A stretch of 64,000 nucleotides of DNA from Callorhinchus milii. Taxonomy: Eukaryota. The position numbers and the translations under genes are program-made. Below are positions 1-12,451 of the stretch, piece by piece. The stretch lies in contig NW_024704742.1 of assembly GCF_018977255.1 (NCBI RefSeq), forward strand, positions 55,988,001 to 56,052,000. Reading direction: 5' to 3'. The notes below the pieces were generated by a model, which saw nothing but the letters and a program-made list of their open reading frames with translations, ran no database searches and was not told the origin of the DNA. How positions within the stretch are numbered: the first letter of the stretch is position 1; each line of letters opens with the position of its first letter.

Positions 1-270
1 GCAATGCCCACAAACAGTCATGAAGTGGATGACTGTTCTTATTTGGGAGAAATGTTGGCCAGGACACCAGGAAAAATTTTCTTTTTGGATAGCGCCAAGG
101 GATCTTTGCCATGTACCCTGAACGAGGAGATGGAGCCTCGGTTTAACGTCTCATCCTGAGGACAGCAATTGGAATGTCGATGTAGACTGTACAAGTTCCA
201 AATCCCAATGTGGGGCTTTAACCCACAACCTCTTAGGTCAGAGGCGAGAGCACTACCAACTGAGTCAAGC
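1..270 (-). mobile_element. Old Deu-domain SINE (SacSINE1/AmnSINE1-like), 3' part cut by the window edge
   Basis: Minus strand has a head CTCAGTTGGTAGTGCTCTCGCCTCTG, then GGATGAGACGTTAAACCGAGG...AAAGATCCCTTGGCGCT...GGTGTCCTGGCCAAC, matching the Deu core as I recall it. Confidence 0.7.
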
Positions 271-1198
271 AGTCATATAATACAGATCACAGCTTTATGG
301 AAAATCTTACAGATTTATTTTGAACTGAATAGTGTTTGTTAACAAACAAAGGGGCTGAATAGTTTCTACCCATTTGAATTATAAAATAGTCAGTGTGGAA
401 TACTGACTATGGCATTTCCAGGCTCATTAAATTAAACTTTAAATGGTCACTCGTTTTTCTTTCTGTGTTTTCATTTTGATTAATTACATTAGAAAGGAGA
501 TCTGAAACATCATGTTTCATGCTATAGAATAACCTTTATATGCGCATGCAATTCCCAGGACAACGTGAACAAAACTAGGCTTCCTTGCCATTGTGAAATC
601 CAGGCTTTGATTTCGGCTAAAGAATCGTATATTGCGAATGTTTCTTGTAGGTAGAGGAGAAAGTGTGAGGAAGGGTATTGTTGGACTGGAGGATATTGTG
701 TGAGCAATGGTTAATTGGATAGAGAAAGCATGCAGACTACTGTGCAGACATCTGTCAGTTGATTGCTATGTTGCAGAGATAGCCAGTGCAGTATAGTACA
801 GGTAGAAGTAATAGGGGGCAGTGGGATAAAATATCACTGAATTGACACTACATTAAAAAGAAGAAAAAAGTTTTTGACGAAGGATAAAGGATAAGAATTG
901 CAAATACCACACTTGAAATCAAATGGAAATCAAAAACTTGAAGAGTATGACTTTCTGAGACTTTCATTCACAATGATTGCTGGTGAGGTGCAATTTTGAT
1001 AGGTTTCAGGCTATAGAATTTTGTATTTTTACAATTGTACTTTCTTATATAACTCCCATCATATACATGTAGAAATAAAAGGTGTGTTTCATTATTGTTT
1101 GGCACATTTGATTTTTTTTATATCAGGCTTCTAAATATTGGTAAGATAATTTGTACATCGAAAGTAGTCAATACCCCTTTCGCTTTTGTTTATACAGA

Positions 1199-1733
1199 GT
1201 ACAACAAAAACATATTTATATAGTGCCCCTCATGCAGGGTAATGTCTCAGAGCCCTTTACAGTGGTGGAGCACGACACCGAACCAGGGTGTGGAGTTTGT
1301 CTAGTAGGCACGGCTGAAGAAGAAGGTTTTCACATGCGACCTAATGATGGGCAAGGTGGAGGGATTGAGCGAGAGTGTTTCAGAGTTTTAGGGTATAGCA
1401 ATTGAAAGCCCAGCCTCTGATGGTGGAACAGAGGGTACAAGGGACAAGCAGGAGGCCAGAGCCAGTTGAGTGGAGGTGAAGGGTAGTGGTTTGGGGAGTA
1501 AGTAGGTCGGAGAGGGGTTAGGGAGATGCCAAAGCATCAAGGGATTTGAAGAGAAATATGAGGATCATGAAATTGATGTGTTTGGTGATAGGGCCAGTGG
1601 AACCTGGCAGGAACTGGTGTGATGGGGTATGGAGTTTACTGTGGGTGAGTATGCAGGCTACAAAGTTCCAGATTAATTGGATTTTGTGGATAGTGGAGCT
1701 GTGGAGACCAGCGAGGCGGGCATTGAAGTAGTG
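1199..1733 (-). mobile_element. L2-clade LINE 3' fragment, diverged
   Basis: Begins acaacaaaaacatatttatatagtgccc (reverse of the L2 tail). Body aligns by eye to the 12452-13647 and 40466-41250 copies. Confidence 0.75.
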
Positions 1734-2434
1734 ATCTTCAAAATATTTTGATCATCATATCGTGAAGATTAGTTTGCATTTTTCAAGCTATTTATTCGAC
1801 CGACACATGATGATTTTCAGCTATCAAGATAGTTTCAAATTATATACTGCACAAAGCAACAAAAGTCAAGTTGTGGAAATGGATAAACTGCAGTTAGTAA
1901 AATGTGCAATTGAGGGATAGAAAAGTATAATGTTCTTCAATATTCTTCAGCGTAACCCCATTATGCCAAAGCTGTGGTTAATTTTCTCTCTCCTTAGCCC
2001 AGCGTGAATACTGATGCCAATATCAGCACCTTACTGTTGCTCTAACTGAAACCGGCTAATTCAGCCCATTCTACAAATTAAATCTTTTGGGTGTGCTTGG
2101 CTTGAATAGCTGATTGCCACACCAGGCAATGCATTTATTCATTGAGATATTCGAGAAGCTGCTTCTGTGTATAACTTCTGCTAAAACTACGAGAAACTTA
2201 TTTTTAAGTATTCAATCTATCCAGTGCACAGTTAAGCAGCACATAAATACTTTATTGCCATGGTTTCAGTTTACGACCTCATAATTCATTACTGTGGATT
2301 CACATTTGGATTCCATAAGCTCTTACCTTTCTAAACATATTCTACTTAACGGAAAATCCAATAACACAAGTTAAATGATAGAATTTTGCTGGCCGGATAC
2401 TTATTTGGATCAAACTGTACCCCATCTCACTAGT

Positions 2435-2838
2435 TCTGGCCAGACTCCACTAGCTCCCTATCACCGAACAGATCGACTTCAAGATCCTCACACTCGTGTT
2501 CAAATCGATTCACTCCCTGGCACCTCCCTACCTGTCCGACCTCCTCACTCCCCAATCCACTACCTGGTGCCTCCGCTCGACTGGCACCGGCCTCCTACTC
2601 GTCCCTCGCACCCTCTGCTGCACCATTCATGCCTTCAGCCACTACGTCCTGATATTGTAGAACACTCTCCCTCAATCTTCCCTCTCTCCACTTTTTAAAG
2701 TCCCGCCTGAAAACCTTCCTTTTCGACCATGTTTATGGTCATCTCCCTCCCCCGGCTCGGAGTCAGACTCCGACACTGTTAAGTGTTCTGAGATGCTATC
2801 CTGCGTGGAGGGTGCTATATAAGTGCAAGCTGTTATTG
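2435..2838 (+). mobile_element. L2-clade LINE 3' fragment
   Basis: ctccactagctccct...cttcaagatcctcacactcgtgttcaaat (LHxLP/FKIL segment); ends gggtgctatataagtgcaagctgttattg. Confidence 0.75.
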
Positions 2839-3465
2839 ATAGCATGTTAATTTTTCCTTTGCAATCTGGATTATTGTATAGCCAGGGTGAAACCTGTTGA
2901 TTTTGCTCATCATATCTTGGGAGATTATTTTGCAGCTTTCAAGCACTTTAATTGATTGAAACATGATGATTTTCAGTGTACATGAAGTTTTAAATTATTA
3001 ACTGCACAAAGCAACAAAAGTCAATTTGTGGAGTTTAATATACTGATATTAGTGAAATGAGCAATTGACAGGTAGAGAAGTATAATGTTCTTCAATATTT
3101 TTCAAACTTTGCTACTTGTCAAACGGGGCAGAATGTGCTTTTCCAGATGTGCATCCAGTATTTCCGTAAAATCTAATTTGCAGTATTCTTTGACTGGATC
3201 ATTTAAGTCAGAATTCCCATTTACCAGTGGGAACTCCAGTTTGGAGGTAGATCGGATCAGAGCGGCATTCCTGTGATTCTGTGGCATACTTCAAGTTACA
3301 GGAAGATGTTCCTGCATGTACAATTCCAGTTTCTTATTAAGAAATTGTGTTAATAAATATTGATAGATTATATCTTCAAATCTCTTCATGATGCATCATT
3401 ATTGGTACTGAATTATTATGCTTAGTACATTAAGGGACTAACATTTTTCTCTGTTGGTTGCGCAG

Positions 3466-3780
3466 GTACAATAAAAACTACAGAGCTTCTGGACCGTGAA
3501 ACGACTTCACATTACTGGCTGACAGTCTATGCCACAGACCTTGGAGTCGTGCCTCTCTTCTCCTTCATTGAAGTCTACATTAAGATTGAGGATGTAAATG
3601 ATAATGCTCCACAGACATCAGAGCCAGTCTATTATCCAGAAGTCATGGAAAATGCTCCCAAAGACACATCAGTTGTACAGATTGAGGCATTTGACCCAGA
3701 TTCGAGTTCCAGTGACAGGCTGATCTTCAAGATTACTAGTGGCAACCCACAAGGTTTCTTCACGATGAACCAGAAAACAG
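3466..3780 (+). CDS. FAT1: FAT1 coding exon (putative exon 3, 315 bp, phase 1-1)
   Basis: Acceptor cgcag|GT with branch-like GACTAAC at 3436-3442; donor ACAG|gtaagt. Reads (G)[66 protein letters not shown]...[13 protein letters not shown]. Confidence 0.96.
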
Positions 3781-5204
3781 GTAAGTGTTGACTTTATTTA
3801 GGATTGTTGTAACTAAATGCTTAGAAATGTCCTAATATGTTAAATCTCTGTAAAATGACAGAATTGGACTAATAGTTTGTGCTTTCTTATTGACAAACAT
3901 CCTTAAGAATAAACATAGACGAAGCCCATCTGCTGGTTCCATTAGTGCTTCATAACACTGGCTGGAGCATAGGAAGTCCAAATTGACAAATTCCAGATAA
4001 TCAGGTCACTGTTAATACTTCCCATACACCAGCTGGTATTATGAAGTGACCAGCACCTCGCGACGACCTTCTGACGTGAATGCAATTCGTTGTTTGTTAT
4101 TGTGACGATGGGGCTGTCTGTCTACAAGCACAATGAAGGTGAAGAGACTGACTGGAGATCGTGCCCCATTATAACACTGTTGGGGATTTTATGCAACATC
4201 ACCGCCTCCTCCACCCCTCCACTATCACATTATACCAGGCTCTAATATACATCTTTGAGGCCCACACTTTGCTGCAATTAGGAAAATGGTACTGACTATC
4301 TTGGCTACAAATGTATTTGTGCCTGATCGCATCTCCAGCTCATACACTGCCAGTTAAAACAGATGCTTAGACTTATATGGCACCATTCATATCAGGAGGA
4401 TGTCTCAAAGTGCTGGCTGGGCACCCAAGCCGGGAGGTGGGGGAGCTGTCTTGAGTAAGTAGATGTTAGATAGTGCACAGATAGAAGAATATGCTTCTAT
4501 ATCTGAGATATTGTAACATTGACTGTCTCATTTAAAATAATTACAAATGCAACAAAACAATTTAATTGTATTTTAGAGCAGTTACACCCTTCAACAAATT
4601 CCTAAAAGTTTGTGGATATGGGGAATGTACCAGATAAGTATGTGGACTTTGCCCTGTGGTTTGGTAGTTTGTAATCCGTCTATCAGATATGTCTATCATC
4701 AATATCAGATATTGCTGTAGTGGAGAAACTAAGAGGAAGTTCCTGCCCAGGTAAGATAAACTGCACCCAGGAAACTACTGTACAATTATCAGTCCATTGT
4801 TTAGTGGAAGACCTTTAACCTTTACATTTTCCTTTGAATGTGTTAGTAATGCAACTCGACGATAAAGCAACATGGTTTGTTTCACAGGAAAAAGCAAAGA
4901 AGTGTACATTCCTGTGGTAATGCTTTAAAAGTGCATTAATGAGACTCTACAATATTTGCACGCACTGAAAATGTTAAAACTTGTTCTCCTACTAAACATG
5001 GAACTCCCATCAGCTTTGTGTGGGAAATGTTTACTGGACATGAGCCAGAGCTGAGGTTATAGTCTAGCAGCAGAGTGGATCCTGGTTATTTCCAAATATC
5101 TCACAGCCTTCATTAAGATATTCTTGTTTACATAATGCATGAGAAGTCACTTGACTGAATTGGGTGCCTAAGCGATAAAGATACATGATCAGAATATCTT
5201 TAAA

Positions 5205-5500
5205 TGATAATAATAATCCTTACGTTTGATATTGCGCCTTTCGCATCTTACAATACAAAATTATATTTATATAGCACCTTTCACGTTGGGAGGACGTCCC
5301 AAGGTGTTGGACAATCAGGAATTTTGATGCGAGCAGGGGAATTAGGATCAGGGAAGGTAGAGGATAGCCGAAGGCTCGGCTGAAGAGGAGGGTCTTCAGA
5401 CATGCCTTGAAGGAGGCAAGGGAGGGAACCAGACGAAGGTACTGTGGGATGGAGTTCCAAAGATTGGGGGCAGAGAGGCTGAAGGCCGGTCCCGGTGGTC
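5205..5500 (-). mobile_element. SINE tail remnant (5205-5250) abutting an L2 3' fragment (5251-5500)
   Basis: (TAA)n tail plus L2-type tail. Minus ORF 5220..5558 contains AFSLSAPNLWNSIPQYLR...SFKACLKTLLF, the typical L2 ORF2 C-terminus. Confidence 0.75.
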
Positions 5501-5580
5501 TGTTGCATGATTCATTTTGGACAGTTGGATTGAGAGGCTGGATGGATCCAATGGTCACTCCTACTTGAAACTGATACTAT

Positions 5581-5808
5581 AGACCGGAAATTTCAGCAAA
5601 TCTTTGTCTTATAAATTTATCTTAAAAATGGAAGATGATACAAAACTGTATGGAAAATGTATTAATTTCGGTCTTAATTTGGAATTTGAAGAACTGAAGC
5701 AAATTACATTCAAAATAAGACTGAATTTAAGAAATGTCAACAACTTTGTGCATTATTAATTTTAAGACAAAGGAGTCTCACAGGTTGACCAGGTGGAATT
5801 TTAGGTCT
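5581..5808. repeat. Imperfect foldback (MITE-like palindrome), about 228 bp
   Basis: Nested inverted matches: 5581-5594 with 5795-5808, 5602-5611 with 5763-5772, and 5662-5685 with 5708-5730. Confidence 0.65.
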
Positions 5809-6139
5809 TACATTGCTGTATAACACCTCAGTAATGTGGTCAAAGTCTGCTGATGTTACAGTGAACTGTCTCTAAATTGAGTAAAGATAACCCGCATCAA
5901 CAGTAAATATATACTTTTGCATGCTTAACATTTCAAAGGTGAACAAGTAATTATGGGCGTTGCCTAAGTGATAGCGTTCTGTGGATCATCATGTTTGTTA
6001 GGTGTTAGCATAGATCATTCAGTAGTGCTCTCGCTTCTGAGTCAGATGCTTGTGGGCTCAACCTCCCACATTAGGGACTTTGAGCTCACAGTTTAGGGCA
6101 GTGGTGTCTGACCTTCAGTTGTTTGTGAAATATTCACAA

Positions 6140-6253
6140 GATTATTTTGGATGAAGAAGTCACTTTGGCCCGTCTGATCTTATCCTTCCAAAATACCTCC
6201 CATCACAGCATCAAGCTTTTTTTTAAAAATGAGTCCAGTGTTCTGGTCTTCCA
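6140..6253 (-). mobile_element. CR1-like LINE 3' end fragment (same family as 14495-14912)
   Basis: Reverse complement reads ttgatgctgtgatgggagg...ggaaggataagatcagacgggccaaa, matching 14826-14880. Confidence 0.6.
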
Positions 6254-7103
6254 TATTCAAATAAGGCACCATATCAAATGCAAGGATTATTATTATCATC
6301 TTGTGATGACATCTTAACTGAAGATAGCTGAAGGCTCTTGTGCTGTTGTCAGCGGCTTTTTATTTCAGGCTTAAAACCTTTAGTCTTCACAGGTTCAAGG
6401 AGAAATGGAAGACTACAACACACACCATGAATTTAGCAGAAGATTAAAACTATGGCCTGTCAAACACAGTGCTATTTAATTTTTTATGAAAATGGATAGC
6501 ATAGATATTAAAGAAAGAAGGGAATTTAATAAGAGAATTGTAATTTCTTCTCATTTTTGTTTCCTTAGAAATCATGCATTGTTTAGGTCTTTGACACTGT
6601 AGTTCCATACATCAGACCTTACAAGAATTAAGTTTATTAGTAGTCCCAGTTGCATCTTAATTTGAATCCATCGCAGAGAAGCTCAGCTCTCAATAAGGTG
6701 AAATCCTACTAATTCTCATTTGTACATTACTATGAATTTTGAGGCAATTGATCTGCCACTCGTCTATTTAATAAAAATATGGACAGAACGCATGCCAAGA
6801 AAGTTCATTTTAAACAAACTGTTATAACAAAACAATAAGGTTTCCATGGTTACAAACAGGACTCACTAGGCATTGAATATATAATCTGGATTCTACATTT
6901 ATACTTGAAAGTAGATTTAATATTATAAATCTTAAAATAGAAATGAATGCTACATATTGGGGCTGAAATATTTGTTTGTAATTGCACATATTTTTTTCAT
7001 TAGCAGACCTTGGATTGCACTGCCTTTTGTGCTATATTAAATTACTGTATCTGTGAAAACACTGCCACTCTCTTTAATCACTGAAACATTTCAGGTAATA
7101 GTT

Positions 7104-7434
7104 TAATAATAATAATAATAATAATAATAATCCTTGCATTTGATATAGCGCTTTTCACGTCAGGAGGACGTCCCAAAGCGCTTCACAGAACACACTGTAA
7201 AGTGAATTGACTGTATATTTGTGGGCGAACGCGGCAGCCAATTGCGCACAGCAATGTCCCACAAACAGTCGTAGATTGAAAATGACCAATTTATTATTGT
7301 TTTGGGATTTGGAGGGATTATTATTAGGCGTGTGGAGTAAGGAAACTTGCCCAAGGTTTCGCCCTCTGCCTGGAATTGAACTCAGGTCTCTCACTTGCAA
7401 AGCGAGTGCTCTAACCACTGAGCTACAGGACTCC
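7104..7434 (-). mobile_element. Young tRNA-Ala-derived SINE, full length
   Basis: Minus strand starts GGAGTCCTGTAGCTCAGTGGTTAGAGCACTCGCTTTGCAAG (A box, B box, TGC anticodon) and ends AAATGCAAGG(ATT)n. Near-identical to the 11238 and 56935 copies. Confidence 0.9.
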
Positions 7435-10400
7435 ACGATGGAGTTTGTGGATGGATCTCTTAAGAAAGGATAAAAGAAGCAATACCCAGATTAAGGAGGG
7501 TTTAGAGGTTGTGAATCATATGATTTATATGTGATTTGTTTAGTTCCAACCACCACCAATTATATATGCGAACTACAAAGACTAATGTTTTGTTGAGTCA
7601 AAATGTTCTGTGGATATGCATGTTAGTGTGCATCCACATTAAGATAGAATTTGAGACTTCCCAAATTATGCAAAGTCTTTAGGTTTAAGCGAATAGTGTT
7701 AAAATTATGACATGAGCAATTTTCAAAATATAATATCTGGCAACTAGATAAAGGTGTCACAATGTTTTGAATTACCTGTCCTGTAAAAATTAGTCTTGAC
7801 GGTTTTGTCTTAGGTATGAAACGCGGAAGTTAATGTGACTACTTTGAGGAAAACATTGGTGTGTAGAAGTGCTGAGCTACTCCTGGTTTTCCCCTTGTTG
7901 GTTTGTATCATAATTAAGACCCATAAGCCCACTTCAAGGGATATTGCGTCCATCTCTGCCTTTTAATCTAGCGTACATATTGGTCAGGCTTCCTGATAGA
8001 TATGCTTGTATTTTCCAACCATGTGAACTCCAGACTGGCCTGATTATATTGAACAAACAAAACATACTATTTAGAAATGTATCCAAAAAAGCACAATGTG
8101 GGTGGTCTTAATAAGATCCCTGAAGTTTTTTTCCAGAAAAAAATTGCTACCAACTTTAGTCTGTTTGCCAGTTTCTTTGATGTCTGCTGGATTAATGTGA
8201 AGGGAAGATTTTTATGAGAGGTTAAGGTCAGTGAAATTAGACATCGGCACCAAATGCAGAGGCAGCTGGTCTTTTTGAAAGGCAGATCGTTAAAATAAAC
8301 TCTTCCCTTTTAGCCTTTCTGGAAGACAATATATGCTTTCAAACATTCTACATGGTGTTATATTTACAGTGCATCATTTTTTATTTAATGACAGATGATA
8401 TTTATTCCTGAACAAAGGCACTGCTTTGCAGATGTGCTTTGAAAACATTATGTTTTTCTTTTAAAACAAAAATTGTAAAATATTTTGAGCAGCAAGCAAT
8501 ACAAGCCTCGAGTAAACTGGAATATTGTGTGAATATTGAAATGTTATGGAATAGAGCTGATACAAGAATATAAAACCACATTATCATTCCGTGTGAATAT
8601 TAATAATTCTTTATATTTGATTCCTTTAATCTAAATATTTAATCGCACTTCCAAGTTGTATACTTGGCAATGCATTTGATAAAATATTATTTGAACTGCA
8701 CTGACGTTGTAACAAGATCATGATTTTCATACATTTAATTAACTGGTCTACAGTTCTGTGCATGGATCTCCTATATAATTAATTACAAATATCCGCGTAG
8801 GTATTTGATGATAGAAAGCTAACAGAATTTGTTAGCTGTGAACTTTCCACACTCAGACTTCAAACCTAATTAGCTTAAAGTGCATTTTTTTTTGCAATTA
8901 ATGGTCTGCAGTGTGTCATTTCCTTCTACGTCTGAGGAAATGAGAAAATTCCATTCAGAATATTGAAAGCTGAGGATTAAAGGATGGTCCAACTAATATA
9001 AAGTTTTACAGTGCATTCTTTGACGTCTTCTGGAAATTCATATCCATTCTCAATGGAATTTCTATAGCTTTGCTTTGAAAGGAATGAAATGTGTGTGTGA
9101 AATTTCTGCCCTTCTGTGGCGCCAGATAATCTTAAACAGTGCTCTAGGTCAGATCTTTGTTGCAGAGTTCACAGTGAAACCCTCAGCTGGACTAGGGATG
9201 GGGGGAGGGGCTTGATGCATTTAGCTTTCAGCATTTACACCATTACAAGCTTTACCTTTTAAACCTTGAACATTTGGAAGTCATTTATCTGTACCACAAC
9301 TCTGAAAAATGGTTGGCTGATTGAATCATGCCTGTTTCATGTGTTGTTTCTTCTGAAATCAACACTGCTGTCTACATCATCTCATAGTGCCCCATTCGCA
9401 AACCTTTGCTGCTCTAACTTAAAGCTTTCAAAGTGTGTAGTGCATTGCTGAGTTTTCTTGAATGTTCTGAGAATGCCAATTGTGAGAAAACTGCAAAAAA
9501 AGGTTTATTTTCAATAGAATTAGCAAACGTTCTGTGATTCTGGATATAGCACTTTATCACATCTTCGATACATCTCAAAGCACTTCACAGAATATACTGT
9601 AAACTGAATTGACTATATATTTTGTGGACGTTACTTTTGGAGGGAGGGATTTATTTGTGCTTAGCAAAGAGATGCCATTTCTGCACTGTGCAACACTTTT
9701 CCACTTACTGCTTTCAATATTAACAGTAAGTAAATAATTATTTGTGTACAGAGTCAGGATGGAATCAAAACTAGTGGAGAACATGGCTCTAAATCTTTTG
9801 GGAAGTTAGATAAGGAGGCTAAATGGACCAGCCAGTGGTTTATTGTATGACTTCTTACTATGTAGCTATAAGTTTACATGTATTGTACACAACAATCCCT
9901 AGGTAGCCCAATCAGTCGAACACCAATTTAGGACTAGAAAGTGGAATTGAATCCTAATTGTCGTCTTGCCTCAGATTGTAGCACTCATGTCTCTTAAGTT
10001 CCAAGATTAGAGGTTCAAGCCTCATGTTAGGACTTGAGCTAATTGTCTAGGCTGATAATTTCATTGCAGTATTTGGTGAGTGTTGTACTAGGCTATAGAG
10101 CTGAATCTATTTCACAGGTTTCATTGATAACCCATATGGGCCATCCATGCTAACTGTAATATTCCACCCAAAAAACAGAAGGTAATATTTAATGCGTTGA
10201 AGATTTTCTGTCAAAGCTAATGTTTTTTGAAAACTGTAATTAATTTGTTTAATCCTAATGGTTAAGTTGCTCAGAATATAACATCTGATTAAAATCATAT
10301 TGTGTGGTTTAAGATGCCATGGAAATAATTCTATACTATTCTGTGGTCTGGTGCCCACACAAATGTGTTAAACCTTTCTGTGCCTCAAGGCAGTTTTACT

Positions 10401-10995
10401 TATAGTCACTGGTGCAAAGCACTTTTTACAACACCAAATAAATATTAAAGAGCCAATTTCAGTCTCTTTCAAGCGCACTTTAATGTTCTGCACTAGAAAT
10501 TTGTATAGCTAGAATGGAAACTACCTGACTTGTCATATACAAATTATTAGGTTAATCTTTTCCCTAGAATGAAGGAATGTCATGAAAGTTTCTTAAAACA
10601 ATACACATAGCAGAACTTAAGGACTTACTTGAGTGATCTGGAACAGGTGTAAGCCTTTTTGTTGCACTTAAAACAAAAACACATTACTTTGTAATCTTCT
10701 GTGAAGTATTTTGCAACGTACAGGTCACAGCAGGTGTACCACTTCAGCTGAATCAAAAATCCAGTTGGCAGCACCTCAGACGCCACTTTAATGCAGCCAC
10801 TGCTCACTCCCAAACTGTACACCACTGGCAGCACATGCTGCTACAAATTGGGAGAGAAGGGCTTGAGCATGATCCAGTATTAGTGAAATATATATTTACC
10901 CTCACATCAGAGTCTATCTGACTTGCCTTAAATTTGTTGTCAAAATTTGTTTGCCTTTATTGAAGCTGCCATTTCCTCTTAACCCATTAATTCAA

Positions 10996-11237
10996 TTCAA
11001 TTCCAGGCAAGGCGAAACCTTGGGTAAGTTTCCTTACTCCACACGCCTAATAATAATCCCTCCAAAAACCAAAACCAATAATAAATTGGTCATTTTCAAT
11101 CTACGATTGTTTGTGGGACATTGCTGTGCGTTCGCCCACAAATATACAGTGAATTCACTTTACAGTATATTCTGTGAAGCGCATTGGGACCTCTAGAAGA
11201 CGTGAAAAGCGCTATATCAAATGCAAGGATTATTATT
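10996..11237 (+). mobile_element. tRNA-Ala-derived SINE, 5'-truncated
   Basis: Starts within the B box (ttcaattccaggc), same body, ends aaggattattatt directly before the next copy. Confidence 0.88.
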
Positions 11238-11556
11238 GGAGTCCTGTAGCTCAGTGGTTAGAGCACTCACTTTGCAAGTGAGAGACCTGGGTTCAATTCC
11301 AGGCAGGGCGAAACCTTGGGCAAGTTTCCTTACTCCACACGCCTAATAATAATCCCTCCAAAAAAACAAAATAATAATAAATTGGTCATTTTCAATCCAT
11401 ATGACTGTTTGTGGGACATTGCTGTGCGCAATTGGCTGCCGCATTCGCCCACAAATATAGTCAATTCACTTTACAGTGTGTCCTATGAAGCGCTTTGGGA
11501 CGCCCTCCCGACGTGAAAAGCGCTATATCAAATGCAAGGATTATTATTATTATTAT
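11238..11556 (+). mobile_element. Young tRNA-Ala-derived SINE, full length
   Basis: GGAGTCCTGTAGCTCAGTGGTTAGAGC...GGTTCAATTCCAGG...AAATGCAAGG(ATT)n. Confidence 0.9.
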
Positions 11557-12451
11557 CACATTGAATTCTACAAACTAGAGATGATGAGATGGCATTGGTA
11601 ATATGAATGATGTTAGTTTTCCTTTATGTATTAAGATTTGTGGATTAGTTAGGGGGTTGGTTGATCCTGATGATCAAAGTACAGGGTGTGATCTATCAGC
11701 TATGGGCAGTTTGCCCTAAATCCACTCTTGTTTTTCCTGTGGTTAGTTTGATTTGTAGATGCAAAGCATAAAAGCTATTCTGTTCAAACCCTTTGATTTT
11801 TCCTGTCATCTTCTACACCAGAATAAGTTGAAATTGAGGCACAATATTTTTATCTCTTCTGAGTTTGTAAGACCTTTATATATTAAAATTTATGACTGCA
11901 CAGAATTGTGGAAAATTCCTAAGTAAAGAATTTTCCACAGTTTTGCATGATCTTACATTTAAACGTCTAAACAGTTTTAAAACGAATGAGACTAAATGGA
12001 ATTCCTGGTCTATGGATGGGTTAATTATCTGGTCATCAGCAGAACAGCTTCAGACCTTATTCAGATATAATGCTAATTGGGTGGTTGTGTGAAGGATAAG
12101 CGGTATCACTTTTCTTTGGAATAAAATGAAGATGATAACATTACTTAAAATATATGTTGGACTTTGAATAGAAGAGGCTGGCAGGGTGCCAAAGGGCAGA
12201 GGAAAGTTTAGAGGCACATCACAAAATGCATTCAGGTTTTCAGTCTTAAACCCTGTGAGGTGTCAGGTTTTCAGTGTTAACCCCAATTATCAAGTGTAAT
12301 GATAATTATCATTTATTCTTCTGAAGCTGCTACATCAGAGGCTCTCTGAAAATGTATTGGAAGCCCACACTGCTGTTATTTCTCTTTTTCATCTGCCTCA
12401 ATTTAGTTTGCTTCAATTGGTAGCACTCTCACCTGTGAGTCAGAAGGTTGT

